From an uncultured Acidobacteriota bacterium (GTDB lineage Bacteria; Acidobacteriota; Thermoanaerobaculia; Gp7-AA8), in NCBI GenBank assembly GCA_963822445.1, contig CAWGHO010000001.1, forward strand, positions 896,001-960,000: 64,000 nt of DNA, given 5' to 3'. Below, piece after piece: positions 50,605-62,622 of the stretch (position 1 is the first letter of the stretch; each line of letters opens with the position of its first letter). The position numbers and the translations under genes were made by a program. The notes under the pieces are model-generated. The model was not told the origin of the DNA. It worked only from the letters and a program-made list of their open reading frames with translations, and searched no databases.

Positions 50605-51657
50605 TTACGTCGACGTCCTGAAACGATCGAAGCCCTGCGGCGAGTGACGCCGCGCCCAGAATGGGGACTCCGGCCAGCGTTTCTCGATGAGGTAGTAAGC
50701 CTGCCTGCGCGCGAGATAGGCCTGGTAATGCTGGGCGACGTCGTTTGCATACATCCGCGCGTGTTCGACGTTGCCGCCGAGCGTGCTCGCGGCGACGCGC
50801 GCGGCTTGAATGCCCGAAGCGATGGCGTAGCCGATTCCCATCGAGGAGAGCGGATCGAAGCCGACGGCGGCCTCGCCCGCCGCGACCCAGCCGTCGCCGG
50901 CGACCGGATCGAGAATCTGCGAATGCGCCGGCGCGGCAATCGGGCCATGAACGAGCTCCGCGTCGACGATGCGAAGAGGGGTCGGGCGGGTGCCGCCGAG
51001 GCGCTCGAGCCAGGCATCGCGCTCGTGCAGATGATGCGTGCGAACGACATCGGCGTCGGTCATGAACGCGACGACGGTGCGGTTCTCCGGGAGATGCGCG
51101 GAGTACCACCAGCCGTCTTCGACCGCTTCGACCAGCGTCGCCGTCTGCGTGTCATGGCCACCTTCGAACATGGCCACGAGGCCGGTGAGGTGATCGTCGA
51201 CGCTCGGGCGAGCGCCTTGGGCACGTGCGAAGGCGGCGTGGCGGCCGGTGGCGTCGATGGTGAAGCGGGCGGGCGGCGCGTTCGTCGTCGATCGCAGGAC
51301 CGTGCCGCCGCGCGCCTCCACCAACTCCGCGAGCGCGGAGTCGAATCGCGTCCGGTCGAGATGCCACGCGTCGCCGCTGCCCGCAAACAGGAAGTCGCGC
51401 GAGACCACATCCGCGCTGCCCCACGCCGCGGCAGTTGCGTACGCGCGGCGCTGGCCCTGATCAGCGAGAACGCTCTCCGCTCCCAGATAGTTGAGCAGCG
51501 GGAGCACGCCTGGTGAAACGGTTTCGCCGACCCGCCAGCCGTCATACGACGTGCGCTCGACGACGACCGGCCGCAGTTTCGAGTAGCGCAGCAGCGTCAA
51601 CGCGGCGGCGGTGCCTGCCGGCCCGCCGCCGATGATAGCTACATCGAATTCAGTCAC
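50605..51657 (-). CDS. lodB: LodB/GoxB-like FAD-dependent oxidoreductase (CTQ maturation)
   Basis: 'IGGGPAG', 'VGET', 'LDRTRFD', 'DATGR', 'GWWY', 'FDPLSSMGI', 'E.RWP..PFW.RR'; overlaps the lodA stop. Confidence 0.85.
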   Translation of the reverse strand: MTEFDVAIIGGGPAGTAAALTLLRYSKLRPVVVERTSYDGWRVGETVSPGVLPLLNYLGAESVLADQGQRRAYATAAAWGSADVVSRDFLFAGSGDAWHLDRTRFDSALAELVEARGGTVLRSTTNAPPARFTIDATGRHAAFARAQGARPSVDDHLTGLVAMFEGGHDTQTATLVEAVEDGWWYSAHLPENRTVVAFMTDADVVRTHHLHERDAWLERLGGTRPTPLRIVDAELVHGPIAAPAHSQILDPVAGDGWVAAGEAAVGFDPLSSMGIGYAIASGIQAARVAASTLGGNVEHARMYANDVAQHYQAYLARRQAYYLIEKRWPESPFWARRHSPQGFDRFRTST

Positions 51658-53911
51658 GCTTGCAATCTTCCGGAGGGACTCCGTTGCACTCCGCGATTTC
51701 CTGCTCGTCCTTCATGAACCAGGCGACGGTGAAGTAATTCGTCGGCTGGGCGTACATCGCGTTCGCGGACATCTGATTGATGGAGTGCCCGACCGCAACC
51801 GCCGCGGCGACAAACCGGTCGTGATTCCGCTCCTTCTCCACGAAGTACGGATACATCCGCCCCTCGGGCGACTCGTTCTCGTTGACGATGAAGCCCATGT
51901 ACGACCAGGAGATGACCAGATTGCCGATGTTGTTCGCGCCGCGCGTGTAATAGACCTGGAAGCCGGCCGGAACGCCGGCATCGGCCTGTTCCTTCGGCGT
52001 CATCCCGCCGGTGAGCACGTGCATCGGCGCCTGGGGCGGCCACCAGTACGCGTAGTACGTCGGTGGCGTGGGGATGTCGGTCACGGACGTCGCGTTCGGC
52101 GCGGGCGGCAGCGGCGGATCGCTGAAGTTGATGTATTCGATCGAGCACTGATAGAAGTCCGACATCCACGGACCGGACATGCGCTTGGTCAGATCGCCGG
52201 GCTCGCACCCGTCCTGCACCATCAACCACTGGGGCGGCTTTTCCTTCGGTCCGTACTTCGCGTACCAGGTGCCGGTCTCGTCGCCGAGGGTGCTCAGGCC
52301 GTGCTGGCGATACCAAGCCTCGTCCTTGTGAATTTTGATCCGGTACGGCGCCTCCCAGATCACGGGATTGCGCACGGTCCAGGTCACTTCGATGCCCGGT
52401 GACATCGGATGGCCGACGCAGTTGCCGATCGACGCGCGATCGAGCGGATGGACGGCGTTCGGCCACGGCTTCGCCGGACCGGTCGTGAACTTCCCTCTCG
52501 CCCACTGGCTCATGAGGAAGTACTGCGTGCGGGTCAGGCCCATGTACTTGTCCTGATCCTCGTTGGTGACGGAGTTCGATCCGGAATTGAGCGGGACCAT
52601 CGGCACGCGGTTGTGGAAGAGCTGCTGATGCGGCTCGGAGAGCTCGCTCTTCGACGAATCGCGGAAGTAGGAGAAGAAGATCTCGCGATTCCTGCGATTG
52701 GCCTCGGATGCATCGCGCCCGTTGAAGCGAGGATTGGTGAACGCGATCATCGACTGCACGTTGGCCACCCACAGGTAGTCGCCGATGCGCTCGAGGATCG
52801 GCTCCACGTCGCGGTCGTAATTGGCCTGGAAGTTCGGGTTGTAGCCGCCGTAGCGTTCCTGGTCGTACAGATCGGGAACGAGATCGTAGAAACGCGTTCC
52901 GACGTCGAAGGCGATGTCGTCGAGCGTGGAGATGCTGCGCAGCTCCGGCGCGTACTTCGGTGAGCCGACGAGAGCCCATGCCGTGAGCACGATCGGCTCG
53001 GCCTGCCCTTTCAGTTTCAACTTGCACCACACCGGACCGTCGGCGATGTCGTCGAACCAGGTGTCCGCGCCGGTGTAGGTCGCGATCGGAACCTGTCCGC
53101 CAGCGCGCCCAAACCCGCCGCGAACGAGCAGCCGTCCGCTCCTGGCCATCAGGATGTCGCCGAGGGTGTCGATCTCGTAGGGAACGCGCGGGTTCTCGGG
53201 ATCGATCGGAGGAAACGCGCCGTGCGGGTAGTCGGCCGGAATGGTCTTGCGCGAAAAGTCCGCGCGCTCGCCGGCCCTGCGCACGGTGCGCGGTCCCGGG
53301 TCGATGATCAGCTGCTTCTGCCGCTTGCCCTCCCCCTGGATGTACCAGTTGCGAAGGCTGGCATCCTCGGTGGGCGACGGCGGCGTGTCGGGATTCGGGT
53401 AGTAATTCGCGTTGTCGGCGACTGCATTCGGATCGCCGGCGAGATACACGTTCCCGATGAAACCGGCGTTGTTGTACCAGACCGCTTTCTTGTTCGCGAG
53501 ATGCACGGTCCATTCGATGGATTCGACGTCGCCGTCGTTCAGCGTGACTTCGCGGCCGGGATCGTTCGGGTCATTCGAGTCGAATGCGAACACGCGAAAC
53601 TGCGCGGCCTGGCGCTTGATCCGCCCTTCCTCGTCCTTGAACTTCTTCGTGAAGACCGGCCGCCCGCCTTCGATCTTCGGCGTGCCGTCGGCCGTGCATT
53701 CGATGGGCAGTCCGCCGATGGTCTCCGGCTCGAGATAGAACTGATCGGGACTGTTGCCGAGCCGGGCCACCCCGATGGCGGGATGAACGGCGTAACGCGT
53801 CGGACCTTTTTTCTTCGGACGCTTCGCCGGTTGCTGCGCCGCGATCTCCGCGGCCGCCGCTGCTGCGACAGACGTAACGGTGATGAACTTACGCCGGGTC
53901 CACTTGGCCAT
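51650..53911 (-). CDS. lodA: LodA-family cysteine tryptophylquinone (CTQ) amino acid oxidase with Tat signal
   Basis: 'TRRKFI' Tat motif; 'HPAIGVARLGNS', 'KRQAA.FR', 'W.VHLANKKA', 'WFDD..DG', 'PGIE', 'PGDLTKRM..PW..DF..C', 'YWWPPQ.P'. Confidence 0.9.
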   Translation of the reverse strand: MAKWTRRKFITVTSVAAAAAAEIAAQQPAKRPKKKGPTRYAVHPAIGVARLGNSPDQFYLEPETIGGLPIECTADGTPKIEGGRPVFTKKFKDEEGRIKRQAAQFRVFAFDSNDPNDPGREVTLNDGDVESIEWTVHLANKKAVWYNNAGFIGNVYLAGDPNAVADNANYYPNPDTPPSPTEDASLRNWYIQGEGKRQKQLIIDPGPRTVRRAGERADFSRKTIPADYPHGAFPPIDPENPRVPYEIDTLGDILMARSGRLLVRGGFGRAGGQVPIATYTGADTWFDDIADGPVWCKLKLKGQAEPIVLTAWALVGSPKYAPELRSISTLDDIAFDVGTRFYDLVPDLYDQERYGGYNPNFQANYDRDVEPILERIGDYLWVANVQSMIAFTNPRFNGRDASEANRRNREIFFSYFRDSSKSELSEPHQQLFHNRVPMVPLNSGSNSVTNEDQDKYMGLTRTQYFLMSQWARGKFTTGPAKPWPNAVHPLDRASIGNCVGHPMSPGIEVTWTVRNPVIWEAPYRIKIHKDEAWYRQHGLSTLGDETGTWYAKYGPKEKPPQWLMVQDGCEPGDLTKRMSGPWMSDFYQCSIEYINFSDPPLPPAPNATSVTDIPTPPTYYAYWWPPQAPMHVLTGGMTPKEQADAGVPAGFQVYYTRGANNIGNLVISWSYMGFIVNENESPEGRMYPYFVEKERNHDRFVAAAVAVGHSINQMSANAMYAQPTNYFTVAWFMKDEQEIAECNGVPPEDCKRD

Positions 53912-53934
53912 CTTTCACCTCACCCCGCGCCGCG

Positions 53935-54366
53935 TCAGCTGAACCGGCGCAGATAAATGACACCGAGGATGCCGAGTGCCGCCGCCATCAGACACTGACC
54001 GGCGAACGACAGGCTTGGGACAAAGGGAGCGCCGGCGTCCGCGACGACGAACGTGCCGCTTCGATCGAACGAGTCATCGAGGTAGACCTCGTATGTGTAC
54101 GTTCCGGCCGGAAGGAAGCCGGCGTCAAGCGTCGTCCGAACGGTAATCGGCGGAATGAGGATGCACGACGATGGAACATCGATCCGAATCACGTTCCCCG
54201 TTCGGGTCATCGTCACGTTCGCGCAGGGATGAAGAGAATCCACGTGGATGAGCACACGCGACTGGGTGGTGGGCGATGCCGGCTCGATCGTCACCGCGAT
54301 GACCTGCGCTGACAACGAGGCAGTCCAGGCGAGCATCAACGCGAGTGCGAGCGTCCTGATCATCAT
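53935..54366 (-). CDS. Small secreted protein with an IPTL-CTERM-like sorting signal
   Basis: Signal peptide; Ig-like core ('LPAGTYTY'); C-terminal 'VPSLS' + TM + RR. Confidence 0.7.
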   Translation of the reverse strand: MMIRTLALALMLAWTASLSAQVIAVTIEPASPTTQSRVLIHVDSLHPCANVTMTRTGNVIRIDVPSSCILIPPITVRTTLDAGFLPAGTYTYEVYLDDSFDRSGTFVVADAGAPFVPSLSFAGQCLMAAALGILGVIYLRRFS

Positions 54367-55939
54367 TTCTTTCCGAACCTTTCGCCGAAATAATCGCCGG
54401 GCTTCCACTTCGGCCGCTCCGCGCGATTCGCGAGCGCGAAACCGAGACGGAAATCGAATTCTGCGAGGAGCAGCGCCGCCGAATAATCGATTCGCTGTTG
54501 CAGGTCATCGCCGGGCGCGTGATAGCGCGTGCGCAGCCACTCCTTGTGCAGCTTCGGCAGATCGATGTTCGGATCTGCGGCTTTGTAGCCGGGATCGACG
54601 TACAGCGCGGGGATGCCCCGCCTCACGAACGGATACTGGTCGCTCCGAACGAACACCACTTCCTCGGGGAACGGATCGGGCGACAGCTCGACGTTCATCT
54701 CCCGCGCGACTTCGCGGGCCACGTCGCCGATCTCGTTCGTCTCGATGCCGATCGGGATGAGGTCCGTCGTGCGCGCGATCATCACCAGCATGTCGATGTT
54801 GATGTTGCCGATGATCGACTCGAACGGAACGGTGGGGTTGTTCGCGAAGTAGTCGGCGCCTCGCAGACCCTTTTCTTCTCCGGTCGTCGCCAGGAACACG
54901 ATCGACCGCTTCGGTTTCTCGGGCAGTTCCGCGAAGGCGCGAGCGATCTCCAGCAGGACCGCGGTACCGGAGGCATTGTCGAAGGCGCCGTTGTTGATCC
55001 TGTCGCCATTCACCGGCTCGGTGATGCCGATGTGATCGAGGTGCGCGGAGTAAACGAGATATTCGTCGCGCAGCTTCGGATCGGAGCCGCGCACGACGCC
55101 GACGACGTTCGGACTGGTCAGCGGGCGATGCTTGCTGAGGAGATGAATCCGCGCGCGGGTCCGCAAAGACTTCGGCTTCGGCGTCCCTTTCTCCTGCGCC
55201 GCGAAGATCGCATCCGCGTCTTTGCCGAGGAGATTGCGTGTCGCGTCGAGGCTGATCGTGACGTTGCTACTGAGGCGAGGGTCGACGCCCTGCAGCGTTT
55301 CATCGGCACGGCGCCAGTGCATCGATCCCAGTCGCGCGCCGCGCGTTCTGCGCGGCCACGGCGAGCGCAAATCCTCGGTCGGCGTGGTGAGAAAAATCAG
55401 GCCCTTCGCGCCATGTGCGGCCGCGGTCTCGACCTTGTTCAGACTGGAGCTGTAGTGCGCGCGGAGCGCGTTCGGGAACGACGACGGCGCGCCGGAGAGG
55501 ATCGCCACGATCTTCCCTTTCGCATCGATGCTTCCGTAGTCGTCGTGCTTCTTTTCCGGCGCGGTCACGCCGAAACCGGCGAAGACCACTTCCCCTTCGA
55601 TGACCTTGTCCGCGCTGAGCGGATCGCCGGAGGAGGTGAAGCCGTCGAAAATGCGCAGCGTCACCGGTGCTTCGCCGGCGCGGGTGAAGGTGACCGTCGA
55701 GTCGGCGCTGGCGATCGTCTCGCGGAGCGGCACTTCCTGATACCAGTCGCCGTTTACACCGGGCTCCACGCCCGCGATCTCGAACTGCGCCGCGACGTAT
55801 TCCGCGGCGATGCGATAACCGCGAGTCCCTGTCGCGCGGCCCTCGAGGAGATCGCTCGCGAGGAAGGTCATGTGCGCACGAATGGCCTCCGTGCGCGCGA
55901 CCGTTGTCGAAGCGACGAGCGCGAGGACCAGAAACAGAT

Positions 55940-55943
<4 letters not shown>
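54363..55943 (-). CDS. M28 family aminopeptidase with PA domain
   Basis: 'LASDLLEGR.TG', 'SAHLDH', 'GAFDNASG', 'GEEKGL.G', 'NIDM', 'RSDQ', 'YH...DD'. Confidence 0.93.
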
Positions 55944-58052
<2,109 letters not shown>

Positions 58053-58056
<4 letters not shown>

Positions 58057-59923
58057 GCCCGTCGGGCGGAGAGGTCCGCTGCAGCAGAGGTCATGACAGT
58101 TTCCACCGAGTTTTCGTCAGCGTAGAGCTGATCGATGACGCTCTTGTATTTCTTGTCGATGTTCTTCCGTTTGACCTTCAGCGACGGCGTGATCTCGTCG
58201 TCTTCGATGCGTGAAGTCGCGCGGGAGCAGCGCGAAGCGGCGGATCTTCTCCTGCCGGTCGAGGTTCTGATTGAAGCGGTCGATCTCGCCCTGGATGAGT
58301 GCCTTGCGACGCCGTCGTGCTTGACCAGCTCTTCGTTCGATTTCGCGTGGATGCCGAGGGCCTCGGCCGTCGCGCTGCAGCTTCTCGAAGTTCGGAACGA
58401 TCAGCGCGGAGAGGTACTTGCGGCGGTCGCCGATCAGCACCGGCGTGCCGACGTACGGTGAGCTCTTGAGCAACGCTTCGAGCGGCTGCGGCGCGATGTT
58501 CTTGCCGTAGGCGTTGATGATGATGTCTTTCTTGCGGTCGGTGATCTTGAGGAAGCCGTCGCTTGTCGATCTCGCCGATGTCGCCGGTGTGGAACCAGCC
58601 TTCCGGATCGATGGCCTGGGCGGTGGATTCGGGGTTGTTCCAGTAGCCCTGCATGATGTGCGGGCCGCGCGAGAGGATCTCGCCGTCCGCGGCGATCTTC
58701 ACTTCGATGCCCTGGATGATCGGACCGACGCGTGCCGAGGCGCCGCCGCTTCGGGACGGTTGACGGCGATGACCGGCGAGGTCTCGGTGAGTCCGTAGCC
58801 TTCGAGGATCTCCACGCCCGCGCCGATGAAGAACGCGGCGAGTTCTGCGGAGAGCGGCGCGCCGCCGGAGACGACGTACTTCACGTTGCCGCCGAGGCGG
58901 GCGATGATCTTGCGAGAAGACCAGCTTGTCGGCGATGGCGGATTTGACCTTCAGGCCGAGGCTCATCGGCTTTCCTTCGATCCGATGTACGGCAACCGCT
59001 CCTCGGCCACTTTCAGCGCCCAATGGAAGATTTTCTGGCGCGCCGGCGGGCGCGGCGGCGACGTTGTCCATGCACGCGCGAGCGCATCTTCTCGAAGAGG
59101 CGGGGCACGGCCGCGAAGAACTGCGGCTTCACTTCCTGAAGGTTGTCCGCGACCTTGGTGACGTTCTCCGCGTACGCGATACAGCCGCCTTTGTAGAGGT
59201 AGAGGAAATCGACCATCCGCTCGAGGATGTGCGAGAGCGGAAGGATCGACAGAGCGACGTCGCCGGCCTGGAACGGAACGAATTCGCGCACGGCCATCAC
59301 GTTGCTGGTGATGTTGCCGTGCGTGAGCATCGCGCCCTTCGGATTGCCGGTCGTGCCGGATGTGTAGACGAGCGTGGCCAGATCGTCGGGTTTGCGGCGT
59401 CGCGCGCGAGGTCTCGAACCAGGTCGTGCCATGGGACTCCTCGAGCTTGCGCCCGCGATCGACGACTTCCTTGAACGTCAGCACGCCCTCGGGTTGCGGT
59501 GAAGGCGCGTCGCAGACGATGACGTTGTTGAGCGTGGGGACGTGCGAGCGGATCTCCAGGACCTTGTCGAGCTGCTCCTGATTCGAACAGATGACCGCCA
59601 CGGTTCCGGCGTCGTTGAGGATGTATTCGATCTGCCAGCCGAGCAGGGTCGGGTAGACCGGAACGGTGATCGCGCCGAAGCGGAGAGGATGGCGAAGTCG
59701 CCCATCGTCCACTCGGGACGGTTCTCGGAGAGGATGGCCACGCGGTCGCCGCGCTTTACGCCCAGATCGTTGAGCGCCGGTCGAAAGCCAGCGGACGGTG
59801 TCACGGAACTCCGGGAACGGTGACGTCGGCCCACCGCTGCCGCTCTTGTACTTCATGATCGCGGGACGATCGATGGAGCACGTGACGTCGTAGATGTCCG
59901 TTGAGCGTTTTGGGTTCCTGCAT
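58053..59923 (-). CDS. Long-chain fatty acid--CoA ligase, frameshifted
   Basis: 'SENRPEW', '[11 protein letters not shown]', 'LPLSHILER', 'SGGAPL', '[10 protein letters not shown]', 'GWFHTGDIG'; ends inferred across indels. Confidence 0.88.
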
Positions 59924-59986
59924 GCGTCCCCCTGCCCGATTTCGGTTGAAGCGGGGGGATCATACCCGGTCCGTCGGCACCTCGCG

Positions 59987-61337
59987 CTAGGCGACCTTGA
60001 TCCACTTCCAGAGCTCGGGAATCGTCGGCCGCTTGCCGTACGACAGGATGCCCACCCGGAAGATCTTCGCGGTGACCCAGAAGAAAACGAAGATCGTGGC
60101 GATGGAGACGACGATCGTCACGAGCACGTGCCATAAAGGCGGCTCGGTGACGAGCAATGCGGACGAACATGGTCATCGGCCCGAAGACCGGCGATAACGA
60201 GAACGCGACGGCGAACGGTGCATCTGGATTGAGGACGATCGGCATCATGAGGATCCAGGGCATCATCATGACGATCATGATCGGTCCGATGAACTGCTGG
60301 GCCTCGCGCTCGGTGTTGCAAGCCGCGCCGGCGATCGCGTAGACGCAGACGTAGGTCAGGTAGCCGAGGACGTAGAACAGGAGGAAGTAGACGAACACCA
60401 TCGGCCGGACGAACTGCCCGATGTTGATGTCCGCGACGGCGATCACGGCCGCGCCGAATGCGCCGACCAGGCCCATCATCGTCAGCCAGACGAAGACCTG
60501 GGTCAGGCCTGCCAACGCGAGCCCGAGGATTTTTCCGATGAGCAGCTCGCGCGGCGACATCGAGGAAATCAGCACCTCGACCACGCGGTCCGCTTTCTCC
60601 TGGACGATGCCGCGCATGATGTCCTGGCCGTAGATCAGCGTCGGCAGCACCAGCAACGCTCCGAACAGGAAGGCGAGGATGAAATTCAGCTCTCCGCCCT
60701 TTTTCTGTTCGCCGCTGCGCGAGAGCTGGACTCCGTTGACGGGGACGTCCTGCATGAGGTCATCGATGATGTCGGGGTTCATCCCCTTCTGGGTAAGGCG
60801 CAGACGCTGAATGGCTTTGTTGGCCATGCGCTGCAGACGTTCCTGCACGATCAACTCGGTGGCGGAGCGGCTGTAGTACGTGAACCGCGCGGTCTGGTTG
60901 TCGGTGAGGGCCGTCGGCGGAATGGCGAAAACGCCTTCCAGCTTGTCCGATGCGTCTTTGTCGGCGGCGAGACGGGTAAGGTAGGACTTGTTGCCGGTCT
61001 CCAGGTCTTTCCCGGAGAAATCAATGTATTCGAGATGCAGCTGGGTGGGCAGGTCGGGACCGCGACGGCGGCCGCTGAGGGCCTTCTGCGCTTCCTGCTG
61101 CACGTCCGATTTCTCCGGTTTCTCGTCTTCGGACGGCTTGGTGAAGGCATCCCGCAGTTTGCCGGTGCCGTCGAGGATGGCGATGCGCTTCTGGCCCATT
61201 CCCTTGGCCATGATCAGGCCGGGCACGATCATCAGGCCGGCCATGAGGAACGGGAAGATGAGCGTCATGATGATGAAGCTCTTCTTGCGAACGGTCTGCA
61301 GGTACTCGCGCTTGAGCACGGCGAACATCTTGTTCAT
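59987..61337 (-). CDS. ABC-2 permease (NatB/YhaP-like), one frameshift near the C-terminus
   Basis: 'KREY...VRKKSF', 'QEKADRVVEVL.SS', 'GKILG'; six TMs and a large periplasmic loop. Confidence 0.85.
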
Positions 61338-62265
61338 ACGGCCACCTCTTCGCTCGCGAGCGTTTCCGCTCCCGACTTTGTCGATGAAGATTTCCTCGAG
61401 AGAGGGGGCGGCGATCTCGAACTTGCGGATGCGCACGCGGGACATGCAGGCCTCGAGGATCGCCTGCGGATCGCCTCCTTCGACGAGGCTGAGCTCCGCG
61501 CCGTGACCGACGATGGAGGCCTTCTGCACGTTCGGGAGGTCGCTGATGAACGCGCCGTCGCCGTCGAAGTCGATGTGGAGGGTGTTCTTCCCGAAGGACC
61601 CCTTGACCTGATCGAGGCTGCCTTCGAGCACGACCTTGCCGCGATGGATGAGGATGATCTCGTCGGCCATGCGCTCGGCCTCGCCCATCATGTGGGTGGA
61701 GAGGAGGATGGTCTTGCCCTCCTGCCGGAGATCGCGCAGGAGATTGCGGACGAGGACCATGTTGACGGGATCGAGTCCGGACTGGGGCTCGTCGAGGATG
61801 ATCAGGTCGGGGTCGTGGAGCAGGGTGCCGATGAGCTGGATCTTCTGCTGGTTGCCCTTGGACAGCTCTTCGACCTTGGCGTCGCGTTTCTCAGTGAGCT
61901 CGAAGCGCTCCAGCCAGTAGTCGATCTTGGGCCGCACGTCGGCGCCGCGCTTGTCTTTGATGGCCGCGAGGAAGACCAGCAGCTCGACGACTTTCATCTG
62001 CCGGTACAGCCCGCGCTCTTCGGGCAGGTAGCCGATGCGGTCGCGGAACGCGTTCGCCGCTTGCCTCACCAGCCAGCCACTGGATCTGACCCGAGTCCGG
62101 CATGAAGATGCCGGTGATCATGCGGATGGTCGTGGTCTTCCCGGCGCCATTCCGGCCGAGGAGGCCGGTGATGGTGCCTTTCCGGACGGTGAACGAAACC
62201 CCATCCACCGCCCGGACATCCCCAAACGTCTTCCGAACATCCCGAACCGCCAAAATATCGGCCAT
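61334..62265 (-). CDS. ABC ATP-binding protein (NatA/YhaQ-like), frameshifted and apparently fused to the permease
   Basis: Walker A GRNGAGKT in ORF 61891..62271; 'LSKGNQQK', 'LDEP.SGLDPVN', 'PSLEEIFI' in ORF 59853..62069. Confidence 0.85.
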
Positions 62266-62316
62266 ACCCATCCTTTGCGAAGCGACGGGTATTGTACGAG
62301 GGCGGGGGCCGGGGGT

Positions 62317-62520
62317 TTAGGGTCGGGGGGGCTGGGGCAGCGTGTCGTTCGTTGAGATACCGAAGAACTTCTGGAGATGCTTGACGATCTTGACGATCTT
62401 TGCAGGAAGGTCCTGTCCCCGATCATCGCGCGGACCGGCGGCGGCTGTGGGCCCCGCGGTTAGAGAAAGAACGACCGTAAAGACAAAAGCAGCAGCTACT
62501 CGTCGAGAAAATGACTTCAT
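62317..62520 (-). CDS. Small secreted peptide precursor (67 aa)
   Basis: AGGAGGG RBS; Sec signal ending TAAA; amphipathic helix 'LPAKIVKIVKHLQKFFG'; C-terminal 'NDTLPQPPRP'. Confidence 0.7.
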   Translation of the reverse strand: MKSFSRRVAAAFVFTVVLSLTAGPTAAAGPRDDRGQDLPAKIVKIVKHLQKFFGISTNDTLPQPPRP

Positions 62521-62622
62521 ACGCCCTCCTGCGGATGGTTAAGCGGGTCGGAGGGCGCGCCCTTGCTGTAGGTGTGACGCAGCGCGTCAAATCCCTACCT
62601 CAAAGGTTGCGATTTTCCGCGA

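Noticed and set aside
50370-50647. Small plus-strand gene between GDH and lodB
   Set aside because: A signal-peptide-like start at 50370 stops after 22 codons, and ORF 50459..50647 has no RBS or motif. It may be a remnant but cannot be supported.
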